Under the pieces are notes generated by a model. That model was not told the DNA's origin. It saw nothing but the letters and a program-made list of their open reading frames with translations, and ran no database searches. Shown here piece by piece: positions 18,747 through 28,379 of a stretch of 44,786 nucleotides of DNA (within the stretch, counting starts at the first letter, position 1; every line of letters begins with the position of its first letter). The stretch comes from a phage. Made by a program: the position numbers and the translations under genes. The DNA is taken from NCBI GenBank assembly GCA_012646845.1, contig GCA_012646845.1_4707.2. One strand, given 5' to 3'.

Positions 18747-19412
18747 TTAAATTGATGTTAGATACTGCTTACCTCCGACAAACGATGTCAACCAGTTCCC
18801 ACTGACAAGCTGTGATACCCAGCCAGGCACTGCCCTGCCATTCTGGCTCATCACATTACCAGCCCATCCCGGAAAACCAGGTCGGAAAATATATACTTGA
18901 ATATGTGTTAAAGCGTTATCATTACCTCCACCAACAGCAACATTACGACGTCCGGATGATGGGAAATATTCTTTTAAGAACAGGGGATCGTTTGCCAATA
19001 AAGAAGCAGGCCAAGGATTAGCGGATGCGTCAACATCGAATTCGGTCCATCGCCATTTGCGTCCGGTATCGAACCAGGTTGACGTACCGCCACCACGCAC
19101 CGCAAGATTGCGTGCATCACGGGCACTGTATATTGATTCGATGTTTCGCCACCCACCTTTTGCGGCGTTTGCCGCATAGCAAACCGCATTACCACCATTC
19201 TTCTTTTCGTAAACGGTTCGTTTGATATGAACACGGTCGATAAACGCTTCACCGTATTTGTTGACAAGTGTTTGCGCAATATCACGAAGATCGTGCATAT
19301 GAAAGGCGATGTCTTCGTTGTGGAACCACGTTGTCGGGTTCCAAACGGTGCCGTTTGGTTCGGCACACATCGATCTGATATTGTTGCGCTGATTAATCGC
19401 GATAAAGCCCAT
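18747..19412 (-). CDS. hypothetical tail-associated protein, paralog 2
   Basis: Start moved to ATG at 19412 (GAGGTG RBS; track start at 19475 lies inside an upstream hairpin); N-terminal DLRDIAQTLVNKY aligns with DVRDIATRVQNNY of paralog 1. Confidence 0.7.
   Translation of the reverse strand: MGFIAINQRNNIRSMCAEPNGTVWNPTTWFHNEDIAFHMHDLRDIAQTLVNKYGEAFIDRVHIKRTVYEKKNGGNAVCYAANAAKGGWRNIESIYSARDARNLAVRGGGTSTWFDTGRKWRWTEFDVDASANPWPASLLANDPLFLKEYFPSSGRRNVAVGGGNDNALTHIQVYIFRPGFPGWAGNVMSQNGRAVPGWVSQLVSGNWLTSFVGGKQYLTSI
18792..18860. repeat. 69-nt near-identical direct repeat, copy 2
   Basis: Matches 18035-18103 with a single mismatch. Confidence 0.85.
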
Positions 19413-19527
19413 GGCCCACCTCGTTTCTATTCTCGAAGGAAATTTCATACGATGACGCCATAACAGCTCCCCCATCCCCCCAACCCGTAAGGGAAGGGAG
19501 GATGTAAGGGAAGGAGGAGCTATTTAA

Positions 19528-20031
19528 TTACTGGCTGACAACCTCAACGGAACTGGGATCGGCGATCAGCGCACGGTCGGTAGAACAATTGAAGAAGACC
19601 ATCCCAACACCATCGCCGTTCGAGTTCAGGGTTGAACTTACGTAAGACAATGTTGGTTTATTCATACGGTAGAAGCGTTCGCTGGTGGTGGTATTGAACC
19701 CCAGATCAACGTAGTCTTTCACCGTGGTGTACAGCTGTGTGGACTCGAAAACGGTTACCGGAGAGTCAACGGTAAACTGACTGCCTTCATCCACAACCAG
19801 AACTTTATCGTTCCAGATTTCAGTGGTTGAGAACTTCGGTTTCCAATGTTCGAATTCCTGGGTTGCGCCCCAGCAAGAATACACAGCGAGATTGCTGTTC
19901 TTCTCGACAGGTTTTAACCCCACCAGTTGTGTCAGGCCTTTATCCAGGTTCGGTAAGCCTTCCAGCGTAGCACACCCACCCAGAGAAAGTACCATCAACA
20001 TACCGAGAATAATCGCGCAAAGTTTCTTCAT
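19528..20031 (-). CDS. lipoprotein (167 aa)
   Basis: Signal peptide with lipobox MKKLCAIILGMLMVLSLGGC. Confidence 0.75.
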   Translation of the reverse strand: MKKLCAIILGMLMVLSLGGCATLEGLPNLDKGLTQLVGLKPVEKNSNLAVYSCWGATQEFEHWKPKFSTTEIWNDKVLVVDEGSQFTVDSPVTVFESTQLYTTVKDYVDLGFNTTTSERFYRMNKPTLSYVSSTLNSNGDGVGMVFFNCSTDRALIADPSSVEVVSQ

Positions 20032-20075
20032 CGTCGGATTTCCTTATGTGTTAACGGAAGTGATTTCCATAGTAA

Positions 20076-20660
20076 TTACACAGCTGTAGGAAGTTCAGGC
20101 CAATCGATATTTGGTGCTGTTGATGTGTCAACGCGGTGCAGAGCCACCCGATACTTTTTCCATGCTGTCAGCATCGACACCTCTTCTTCCGTTGCGATCT
20201 CCAGATCCACAGCATCCTGAAGTGGCGCAATACGATCATTCGCTGCCTGCATCAGACTGTTTTTTGTTTCTTCCGCCTCCCGGACATGGGATTGTTTTTC
20301 CGCATCTGTATCTTTCACCCAGGTTGTTCCGTCCCACTTCTGAAACTCTCCTTCCGGGGATAACCAAGTAGTATTTTCTGGTAACGGACCGAGTTCAGAA
20401 ATAAATAACGCGTCGCCGGAAGCCACATCATAGACGGTTTTACCCCGATGGTCTTCAACAATATACCACGATTCATTTTCACTGTTAAAAACTGCCACAA
20501 AGTCAGCAGGAATTTCCGGTGGGGCGATATCTGTAGAATTAGCTGGTAGTCCCGTATGCGGTGGAATATATGCGTCGCCTTCACCAATAAACTCATTGGT
20601 TCCGGCCAGCAGATTATAAATTTTTATGGTTTGTGGTTCATCACTCATTCTGAATGCCAT
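20076..20660 (-). CDS. tail fibre assembly protein (chaperone)
   Basis: Start overlaps fibre stop (TAATG); sequence resembles Tfa/gpG-type chaperones; position immediately downstream of fibre gene. Confidence 0.8.
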   Translation of the reverse strand: MAFRMSDEPQTIKIYNLLAGTNEFIGEGDAYIPPHTGLPANSTDIAPPEIPADFVAVFNSENESWYIVEDHRGKTVYDVASGDALFISELGPLPENTTWLSPEGEFQKWDGTTWVKDTDAEKQSHVREAEETKNSLMQAANDRIAPLQDAVDLEIATEEEVSMLTAWKKYRVALHRVDTSTAPNIDWPELPTAV

Positions 20661-23314
20661 TATGCAAGCCTCACGATGTAGTTAAATGCGATGTTTTTGA
20701 CGGTGTTTTCCGCGTTACCCGCGGCGTTAACGGTGATGGTGTGTCCATGCGATCCAATCGCAACCGAGTGCGTATGCGCACCAATACCTACAGTATGTGC
20801 ATGTGCACCGGCACTCGCGGCTGTACCGGACAATGAGTGACTATGAGCGCCAGCAGAAGAAGTGTTGACATCGTATTTAGCATAATCAGGCGACCCACTT
20901 CCCGGAGTACCACTGGTGCCACCTGCGACAAATCTCATCGAGTGGGTGTGTGCTCCAGCCGTGTTTGTGGAACCACTCAGACTGTGCGTATGCGCCCCGG
21001 TGTTATTCGTGGTTTTAGTGCCGTAATCAAACGACGATGTGGTTTTCGTCCCCAAATCCGTACCGGATGCGCTGGCGCTATGGTTGTGCGATTTAATGCC
21101 GTCCTGTTCCTGAGACAATACAGCACGACCACTGGCAGGTTTGCCCTTAATCGTCCAGCCACGCATATCAGGAATAACGCCTGACGGATAAGCCACTGCA
21201 AGTTTCGGGTATACAGATTTGTCAAAAGTCTGCCCTTGCATCAGAGCATAACCAGACGGAACGGTATCTGAAGGCCATGGAATAGGCGTACCAACAGGCA
21301 ACGCTGAACCGCCATCCGAACCCGCATCTTTGGTTGGTATAACGATGTTCGCCGAGCCGTCGAACTCAATACCGTTGATTGTGACAGCCGTTTGCAATTT
21401 CGTGGCTGTCGCAGCGTTACCCGTCGTATTCTGATTACCAACCGCATTGACGCCCGGTAATGCAATATCCGCTGTTCCGTCAAAGGCAACACCACCGATT
21501 TTACGTGCGGTTTGTAGCTTGGTTGCACTAGCGGCGTTACCGCTGGTATTCTGGGTGCCAGCTTTGTTAACACCGGGGAGATCGATGTTAGCAGAACCAT
21601 CGAAGCTGACGCCACCTATCGTTCTTGCGGTAGCGAGTTTAGCTGCTGTGGCTGCATTATTACCCACTTTCAGCCAATCATCCCATGGGCCATCCTGGCC
21701 GTTCCATGCTGCCGTTAAACTACGTACGTAAATATTGCCGGTACGTACAGTGTAACGTTGCGTTCCACCGAATTGTCCGGCAGGGAGCACTTCAAGGTAA
21801 CCTGCGGCATTTGCTTCAGGGAAATTGTGGGCGACGTCCGCGTTCGTTGATACTGGTTTAGACCAAATACCCACGGACGCTTCAACCGGACCGTAAGTAT
21901 TCAGATTTGCGTCGGTGGGGAGCTGTCCTCGAAAACGCTGGAATTGTGTTGCCGATAACCCCAACGTTGTTTGCATGCTTTCAATGCTGGATTGCTGCAG
22001 TAACGTCCGTGCTGTCGACGTAATCACGGTAAGCGCAACTTTATTAACACCGGTGAAATACGGGAGTTTGTCTGCTGATGTCACTAAACCTGAAAAGGCG
22101 GTCAGTAATTCGTTAAGGGGTTGCTTCCCAGCTAACGCATTTGTTACCGTCGTTGCGAAATTAGGATCGCTTCCTATAGCTCGAGCCAGCTTATTAAGCG
22201 TATTTAGCGTCGCTGGTGACGAGTCGATCAGTGCCGTGATCGCACGCATCACAAATTCCGTGTTGGCTATCTGTCGACTGCTATCGTTAACTGCTGCGGT
22301 GGGCGCTGCTGGCGTACCAGTGAATACAGGGCTATTAAGATCCGCCTTGAGGGCGATGAGGCGTTTAAGCGCTTCAACATCAACTTTCAGGTTTTCCCAT
22401 CCGATGAGAGAACCATCACCGTTGGCATGATAACGGTTGTACCAGAAGTCACCGTTAACGCCAAAAAAGAATATACATTTCTCTTCGTTTTGTGGACCGG
22501 AACTATTTCGTGATGAGTCGATATATTTGATTTCAATAAGACCGCTAAACACCACCCCTGGGATTATATTGTTGTCTCCAGCTGACTGTGATACCTGGTA
22601 CATCCCCGGGGTTGCGGCTTTAACCCATGTTAAGAATTCTGTTACTCCAGCGGTACCGCTAAAATTCTTAACGTCGGTAAGTATCGCCCCATAACCGAAC
22701 ATACCGGGTAGAGCCACTCGTCCGCTGGTACGATCACGAATATCTGTCGCAACAACAGGCAATTGTTTACGAACGGCATTAACCGCTTTAGGCGTGGCCG
22801 ATTTTGTCTCGTCGTCGCTATCGGTTTCATTACTTAGAATAGTTAAACCGCGTGTAGCAGTAGTTGCATCAGGAAGAAATGCGTTATCCAACACCTTAAG
22901 CTGTATTGCACTCGTATTACTAACAACGACATGCACCTGACAGTTAAGAACGCTGGTTGCGCCTTCGGCAGGCGTAGGCTTATATCTTTCTGGCGCACTG
23001 CAGACGGCAATCAGAACACCTTGGTCGTCATACAGACCGATCTCACGTACCCAGAACCCACCTTGACTAGCAGGAATAATACCCTCAACGATAATCCTGG
23101 TTGTACTATCGCCATCCGTATGGACATTGGAAACTTCCCCACGATAAACTTCATGGACAAGCGCTGTTTGACTGGTGGTTGGGGTTGGGATCGAACCACT
23201 ACCATCGCCAACGGCAAAGTGTGTGATTTTTAGTTTCTTACCGTCAGGAAGTAACGCTGCAGCGATACGTTCTGCGCCTTTATCGGTAACGACCGTTTTA
23301 TATGCTGTACTCAT
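20660..23314 (-). CDS. tail fibre protein, P2 gpH-like N-terminus, internal repeats, His-rich C-terminus
   Basis: N-terminus [21 protein letters not shown]...[20 protein letters not shown] resembles gpH-type collar domain; ~39-aa tandem repeats ([28 protein letters not shown]); C-terminal GAHTHS repeats. Confidence 0.9.
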   Translation of the reverse strand: MSTAYKTVVTDKGAERIAAALLPDGKKLKITHFAVGDGSGSIPTPTTSQTALVHEVYRGEVSNVHTDGDSTTRIIVEGIIPASQGGFWVREIGLYDDQGVLIAVCSAPERYKPTPAEGATSVLNCQVHVVVSNTSAIQLKVLDNAFLPDATTATRGLTILSNETDSDDETKSATPKAVNAVRKQLPVVATDIRDRTSGRVALPGMFGYGAILTDVKNFSGTAGVTEFLTWVKAATPGMYQVSQSAGDNNIIPGVVFSGLIEIKYIDSSRNSSGPQNEEKCIFFFGVNGDFWYNRYHANGDGSLIGWENLKVDVEALKRLIALKADLNSPVFTGTPAAPTAAVNDSSRQIANTEFVMRAITALIDSSPATLNTLNKLARAIGSDPNFATTVTNALAGKQPLNELLTAFSGLVTSADKLPYFTGVNKVALTVITSTARTLLQQSSIESMQTTLGLSATQFQRFRGQLPTDANLNTYGPVEASVGIWSKPVSTNADVAHNFPEANAAGYLEVLPAGQFGGTQRYTVRTGNIYVRSLTAAWNGQDGPWDDWLKVGNNAATAAKLATARTIGGVSFDGSANIDLPGVNKAGTQNTSGNAASATKLQTARKIGGVAFDGTADIALPGVNAVGNQNTTGNAATATKLQTAVTINGIEFDGSANIVIPTKDAGSDGGSALPVGTPIPWPSDTVPSGYALMQGQTFDKSVYPKLAVAYPSGVIPDMRGWTIKGKPASGRAVLSQEQDGIKSHNHSASASGTDLGTKTTSSFDYGTKTTNNTGAHTHSLSGSTNTAGAHTHSMRFVAGGTSGTPGSGSPDYAKYDVNTSSAGAHSHSLSGTAASAGAHAHTVGIGAHTHSVAIGSHGHTITVNAAGNAENTVKNIAFNYIVRLA

Positions 23315-23320
23315 GATGTT

Positions 23321-23848
23321 TTATCCTGGATAAATAGTGATGGTATCGCCAATGACGGCTGTAGCACCGGTGTAAAGATAAGCCGGAGATACATCACGCT
23401 GGTTTGTCGCAGTAAGATCCAGTCGACCACGCCAAACCATAGAGGTACTCGCAATGGGGATAGAAATCTTTTTGGATATATCGTCACGAAAATCAATAAC
23501 AGTGGCAAGGGTAACTGCATCAAAGTCAACGTCGGGGTCAAAGACGAACCCGTATTGATCTGAAATCGCCCGAATAATCGCATTTATAGTTGTTGTCTCA
23601 ACGGACTCTAAAACGATTTTTACCGGTATTCCTAGAAATACCTTCGCAATATCGCGTCGAGCGTAAACGATAAAACTTTCACCGTTCCACCTTGTTCCTT
23701 CATTTGCTGTGACGATCACTTTTGCCATGTTAGCACCGGAACTTCCATCCAAGACTAATGTAAGATCGGAGCTGTTGAACACGCTACTGTTACGTCTGTT
23801 TATCAATGACGTCAGTTCGTCTTTCCATGGCGGGTAAAGTGAACACAT
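23321..23848 (-). CDS. hypothetical protein carrying the shared RBP N-terminal domain only
   Basis: Start moved to ATG at 23848 (GGAGGAGGG RBS); ARRDIAKVFLGIPVKIV motif matches N-termini of 12682..14196 and 15364..17976. Confidence 0.65.
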   Translation of the reverse strand: MCSLYPPWKDELTSLINRRNSSVFNSSDLTLVLDGSSGANMAKVIVTANEGTRWNGESFIVYARRDIAKVFLGIPVKIVLESVETTTINAIIRAISDQYGFVFDPDVDFDAVTLATVIDFRDDISKKISIPIASTSMVWRGRLDLTATNQRDVSPAYLYTGATAVIGDTITIYPG

Positions 23849-23871
23849 ATATGCACCCTCCTCCAACATAA

Positions 23872-24462
23872 TCAGATTAAATATAAACTTCTTAAACGTG
23901 GAACACGATTCGAGATAAACGTAAACGGCCTTAACGACCGCATAAAATTCCGCGCATACCCTCTATCCCGACAAAGCGAGGGGGGTTTATCCATCGGAAA
24001 ATCCGTAGGAGACCGATAGGTGTTTTCCTGTTGATACGTAAACAAGAAATCGATCCAATGACTGATGTAAGTGAATAGCTTCTCAGGGATAGCTAAACCG
24101 CGATCATGCAGTCCTGCATAAAGCCTCACCGCTGAAAAGAAAGCCCTCGGCTGATAACCAGACCATGCTGTCTGATCGCCGAAGTGGTACATCGTAAAAT
24201 CATTAACTTTCGATCCGCTTGGCGCATCCCAACGATCCCACACGTACGCACTCGCACCCGACCCTAAAACCCCGAATTTCTGATAATACCACTGCTGTGA
24301 GTCATACCAGAAATTCACAACATTCCGAATCATGAGGTCACGTCGTTCAGCCGGTACGTCCATATCCAGGAAGACCCATGGATGTTGGTAGCCAGGATAA
24401 GGCTGACCACGCCAACTGTCGAACGTCAACGCTTCCTCTTGCCATGATGCTTCAGGATACAT
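23872..24462 (-). CDS. hypothetical protein, Trp/Tyr-rich (196 aa)
   Basis: ORF track; first gene after strong terminator. Confidence 0.6.
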   Translation of the reverse strand: MYPEASWQEEALTFDSWRGQPYPGYQHPWVFLDMDVPAERRDLMIRNVVNFWYDSQQWYYQKFGVLGSGASAYVWDRWDAPSGSKVNDFTMYHFGDQTAWSGYQPRAFFSAVRLYAGLHDRGLAIPEKLFTYISHWIDFLFTYQQENTYRSPTDFPMDKPPSLCRDRGYARNFMRSLRPFTFISNRVPRLRSLYLI

Positions 24463-24518
24463 GCTGACCTCATAGATGATCGTTGATAGGAAAGAAACCT
24501 AATTCATACCATGGGAAC

Positions 24519-24577
24519 CTCAAAAAAAAAAACAAAAAATAGGAAAACGATGCTCATCCTTTTAGGGATGAGCATCG
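24519..24577 (-). terminator. rho-independent terminator (minus strand)
   Basis: Perfect 12-bp stem CGATGCTCATCC/GGATGAGCATCG (24548-24577), followed on minus strand by TTTTCCTATTTTTTGTTTTTTTTTTTG. Confidence 0.8.
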
Positions 24578-24597
24578 CGTACCGTTATATCGAATGA

Positions 24598-25176
24598 TTA
24601 ATAAGGAATCAGATCGTTAAGCTTTTCTTCTTCAATGACAAAGAAGTTGTTCTGGTCGTCTAAATCTGTTAGCAGGACTTGTCCGACAGTAAAGCACGTG
24701 CCACCCTTCTTAGGCATCCATACCGGCTCATTCGTTACCTTATCGGGATACCATTTGAAACGATTGGTATCCAAGAAGAACGCAGCTTTGTTCGCTTTAT
24801 CCGTTGATCGGTAGCTTACTAACGCTGGCCATTCGATCCAGGTATTTGTGCATGGCACATGTAAAGGATACCATGCACGCCAACGTTTGCCCGGCTTGTT
24901 AGGATCAACCCAATACTCGGCAGTCAATACAGCATCTTTATAATGTTTCTGTATTAACATTTCGAGCACAAGCTCATTGCCTTTTGATGAATCTAAAGTC
25001 ACTTCAGCCATATAAAGAGATTTAGGTAATCCAGACTGTTTTGTGGGTAGCGTTACGACACCGGTAACCAACGGTCTGCTCGGCTTACGCTTCCGTTCTT
25101 TCCGATGTGTGTAAAGGAATAGCCCGATAGCTGCGGCAACAAGTATAATAAACAACACTACCTTAATCCAATTCAT
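24598..25176 (-). CDS. hypothetical membrane-anchored protein (192 aa)
   Basis: N-terminal TM segment WIKVVLFIILVAAAIGLFLY followed by basic stretch. Confidence 0.65.
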   Translation of the reverse strand: MNWIKVVLFIILVAAAIGLFLYTHRKERKRKPSRPLVTGVVTLPTKQSGLPKSLYMAEVTLDSSKGNELVLEMLIQKHYKDAVLTAEYWVDPNKPGKRWRAWYPLHVPCTNTWIEWPALVSYRSTDKANKAAFFLDTNRFKWYPDKVTNEPVWMPKKGGTCFTVGQVLLTDLDDQNNFFVIEEEKLNDLIPY

Positions 25177-25922
25177 TCGTCAATATCTCCTTCTACAAAC
25201 AGAGTCAATTTGATTTCAGGGTCATAGAACATAGTAATCACATCATCTTGCTCTACTGAACGTTGTGCTGTCCATAATAACTGTTCATCCCGAATATCAA
25301 ATTTATGCCGCTCATCACTCACCACGGCTTCCGCATCAACGTAATGGTAAACATCGCCGAGAGGATTCTCAATCCAACCGCGTACCATCAAACGTTCTTT
25401 TTGTTTACGTGTAAAGAAGCGATAAGGATCTTCACACGTGCGCCATACATCCCCGTTCCCACCGACCAGCTCATCATAAACTTTAGAGAGTTCGTCAGGT
25501 ACCGGAATCAAAATGTTATCTTGATAGTTCGACCAGAAACGACATACATCTTGGATCAGCTCATCGTCCTGCAGTTTGATTGCCGCGTCATTATGATCGA
25601 TTTTAACAGCATCGATATCATGATGGGTAAACGGAAGAGCGTCTAGGTTTGCCACCACGATCTCGATGCCATCGTGGTGAACACGAACCCACCCGTCAAA
25701 CCATCGGTACCCGTCAGCTTGATATAACGTTGTATGATATCTGACAACATTGATGTCTTCGAACGAGTCCAATAAAGCTTTAGCTGCTAGAAGCGGCGAA
25801 AAGTTCTTTGATTGTCCCGGCTTACGTATTTCTTCTTTGATGAACAATTTACCAAGAATCGGATGTTCGATAACAAAACCACAGGAAAGCATGATGCTTC
25901 CTTGATAGCGTGCTTCTTGCAT
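25173..25922 (-). CDS. hypothetical protein (249 aa)
   Basis: ORF track; stop overlaps downstream start. Confidence 0.65.
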   Translation of the reverse strand: MQEARYQGSIMLSCGFVIEHPILGKLFIKEEIRKPGQSKNFSPLLAAKALLDSFEDINVVRYHTTLYQADGYRWFDGWVRVHHDGIEIVVANLDALPFTHHDIDAVKIDHNDAAIKLQDDELIQDVCRFWSNYQDNILIPVPDELSKVYDELVGGNGDVWRTCEDPYRFFTRKQKERLMVRGWIENPLGDVYHYVDAEAVVSDERHKFDIRDEQLLWTAQRSVEQDDVITMFYDPEIKLTLFVEGDIDE

Positions 25923-25999
25923 TTTCTATTCCTCAAACAAAAGATTGTCTTTTACACGACATGCTTACAAGTACACAGGTTACTGAATTTCTGTAAGAG

Positions 26000-26530
26000 T
26001 TAATTCTTGTTCTTTACGAACTCTACCGCTTCCAGAATAGCAGCGTTTAATCGTTGACCGCGTTCCTCCATTGTCCCGCCATCGCGATGTCTGAAATTAA
26101 CCGAGTGGATATCCCAAGCCCAGTAATGTGTCTCCGGCGTGTCATCTTCTTTGGTGGGATCGCTCAATCTGTTAACCCCAATTCGCCAAATATAATCAGC
26201 GGGTTGGCGTCGTAAGCATTCACCTATAGCGTCTATATAAGACAACCCTTCGGTCGTTACGGCGACGATAACGTGCGGGTGCTTACGAACAACCTTTGTG
26301 CTTGTTTTCCCATCAACGACCACTTTACGGGTTACATTATCATGTCCTTCGCATGACCACATCGGTGCAATACCAGGCGCATCTAACAACGCCTGGCATG
26401 CGGGTAATATTCCAGGTTCAATGACTCCTTCCTTGATAGCCATCCGTGCACGTTCTTTGAATATCGCTAATTGTTCTTCACTGACAACAAAAGAAAACAT
26501 AATTACTCCTTTCTGGTTCTTCCCCTCCAC
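26000..26530 (-). CDS. hypothetical protein (176 aa)
   Basis: ORF track. Confidence 0.6.
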   Translation of the reverse strand: MEGKNQKGVIMFSFVVSEEQLAIFKERARMAIKEGVIEPGILPACQALLDAPGIAPMWSCEGHDNVTRKVVVDGKTSTKVVRKHPHVIVAVTTEGLSYIDAIGECLRRQPADYIWRIGVNRLSDPTKEDDTPETHYWAWDIHSVNFRHRDGGTMEERGQRLNAAILEAVEFVKNKN

Positions 26531-26572
26531 AGCCTCAGGAAGAGAAGAACCGTTTGCTAAGTTGCTGGGTAA

Positions 26573-26821
26573 TTAAAATGCATTGATTGGACTGTTCAAT
26601 GCTTTATCACGGATTTGAATCGCCGCCAGCATCGCTTTCTGGTACGAATCGTAAGCATCAACAGAAACCGTCAGATCAACCAATTTCTCTAATACGGATT
26701 CAGCCGCTTTTACGCGGACGCGGAACTTGGTGATTGCGTTATCTTTGTTACGATAAACCGTGATGTGGTGCAGCGGTTGAACTTTGGTTTTAACGGATTT
26801 AGTTGCTTTGATCGCTTTCAT
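26573..26821 (-). CDS. hypothetical basic protein (82 aa)
   Basis: ORF track. Confidence 0.55.
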   Translation of the reverse strand: MKAIKATKSVKTKVQPLHHITVYRNKDNAITKFRVRVKAAESVLEKLVDLTVSVDAYDSYQKAMLAAIQIRDKALNSPINAF

Positions 26822-26868
26822 GATGATTTCCTTCTTTATTAGGATGATTACATTTAGTCAGTTTAACG

Positions 26869-26910
26869 GCATAAACCCTCCCCGCGTATGGCAGGAAGGG
26901 TGTATGGATT
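26869..26910 (-). terminator. GCATAAA-flanked GC-rich hairpin (family member)
   Basis: GCATAAACCCTCCCC ... GGAAGGG after stop of 26915..27412. Confidence 0.4.
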
Positions 26911-26914
26911 TGTT

Positions 26915-27412
26915 TTACGCGTGTCGTCGTTTACCAAAGAAAATATGATTGTCTACCACGGTGATATTGGTAGCGTTTTTTCTGAAATGTTTAGGGCGAA
27001 GATGTTTCGCGTTAAAGAATACGGCTCCTCGTGTTGGATCGGCTTTACGGTAAGCAACAATGTCGTTATTGCGCAATGTTGCGACCTCTCGTGCTATCGC
27101 TCTTGCACGATTGAATGCAGCATGATCGCGTATAACAATTCGTTGTTGTCTTGCCCAGGGGAATTGACCTCTTTGCAGTACGACGTCTCTGACGTTCGTA
27201 GGGAATCGGTAGTCCATAGATCGATTATGTATTAAAAACGCCACGGAGTATTGCCCTTTTACAGATTCGCCTCTGGCTTCCATATACACAGCGCATGCGA
27301 CGATCTCTTTCCGGCAATCGATTCTAGGCCCTGCGTTCACCGATGCTTGACTGAACGGTGCGATAAGCAACATAACAAGCCCTAAAACCAACGTGTGTAA
27401 AATACCTTGCAT
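26915..27412 (-). CDS. SleB-like cell-wall hydrolase with N-terminal export signal (candidate endolysin)
   Basis: Hydrophobic N-terminus ILHTLVLGLVMLLIAPFSQA; motifs AVYMEARGE and LIHNR resemble SleB/CwlJ hydrolase family. Confidence 0.55.
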   Translation of the reverse strand: MQGILHTLVLGLVMLLIAPFSQASVNAGPRIDCRKEIVACAVYMEARGESVKGQYSVAFLIHNRSMDYRFPTNVRDVVLQRGQFPWARQQRIVIRDHAAFNRARAIAREVATLRNNDIVAYRKADPTRGAVFFNAKHLRPKHFRKNATNITVVDNHIFFGKRRHA

Positions 27413-27665
27413 CTTAATAACCTCACGATAAGGTGCTGTCCACTGGCGTCTTGATAACGCATCCCGTCTATCGGGTTGTTCTATTCAGCGGGCAGCAGGT
27501 TAGCGTCAGATGTTTGCCCGACATCCACGACAGAAATAAACGGTACTGAAAATGCGGTCTCCTCTGGTTTGGCAATAAACATAACGTTGGATAACAGAAC
27601 CCATTTCCCGCATCCAACGCGGTAAAGGTGTACATCGTTTGAATTCATATAGTTTCTCAAAGATG

Positions 27666-27968
27666 TTAACCTCTACCGTCGAGCCACAAGTTGTATTTCT
27701 CACGAGCGTCGGGATCACGATAGATGCAACGGTACCTTAACTCCGGTAATAATCCGGTTCGCACTAACTCATCCGTTAACTTTCTACGACGTTCTACGCC
27801 GTTATGGATACGACGTAACTCACGAAAATTAAGCGGTGTTTGTTTCAATAGAACCCCCATTACGATCGGGCGATGATCAATTTCATACAGCGATAATACA
27901 CCACGTATTTCATCTAATACCTGCTCGCGATCGATTAGTATTCGATCATGATATTTTAATTGTTCCAT
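27666..27968 (-). CDS. hypothetical protein (100 aa)
   Basis: ORF track. Confidence 0.5.
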   Translation of the reverse strand: MEQLKYHDRILIDREQVLDEIRGVLSLYEIDHRPIVMGVLLKQTPLNFRELRRIHNGVERRRKLTDELVRTGLLPELRYRCIYRDPDAREKYNLWLDGRG

Positions 27969-27994
27969 AACAGCCGCTCTCGTTTCAGGGGGAG

Positions 27995-28237
27995 TTAAGT
28001 ATTGTGATTATTCCTACCTACATTCCTCAACAGTGTAACGATAACGAATACCGCCACCATCAAGAAGACGAACCATAACCCGACATTAATTCGGGCAGCA
28101 GGTTCATCGACCATGAAGAACATCATCCCACAAAACCCAATGACCATCCATGCTAGAACCATCCCCGTTAATCCCCGTAGTAGCATATGTCCCATCATGA
28201 ACTCCTTCTTACTTTTTCTGATAAAGCGATGATTCAA
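27995..28237 (-). CDS. small two-TM membrane protein (holin-like)
   Basis: Two hydrophobic helices (GMVLAWMVIGFCGMMFFMV; VGLWFVFLMVAVFVIVTLL). Confidence 0.5.
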   Translation of the reverse strand: MNHRFIRKSKKEFMMGHMLLRGLTGMVLAWMVIGFCGMMFFMVDEPAARINVGLWFVFLMVAVFVIVTLLRNVGRNNHNT

Positions 28238-28379
28238 ATTTTAGAAACATCACTAACGCGAATGCGAGTAACAACGCACGTACCCACATACCTCCTTGAT
28301 AGCTGTTGTACAACATAAAGACCAGAGCGATGCCGCCCATATGCAGGCGGCACTTATCGAACAGTGTTGGTTTATACAT
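28211..28379 (-). CDS. small membrane protein (56 aa, below ORF-track cutoff)
   Basis: Hand-translated MYKPTLFDKCRLHMGGIALVFMLYNSYQGGMWVRALLLAFALVMFLKFESSLYQKK. Confidence 0.3.

Noticed and set aside
20837-22430. Several plus-strand and alternative-frame ORFs within the tail fibre gene
   Set aside because: Generated by repetitive, GC-biased fibre coding sequence; the minus-strand 884-aa frame has clear fibre motifs
27484-27718. Two competing small minus-strand ORFs in the 27413-27665 gap (track ORF 27506..27718 and a 55-aa frame starting near 27649)
   Set aside because: Could not decide between frames from sequence alone; neither has a strong RBS or recognisable motif, so neither is listed as a feature
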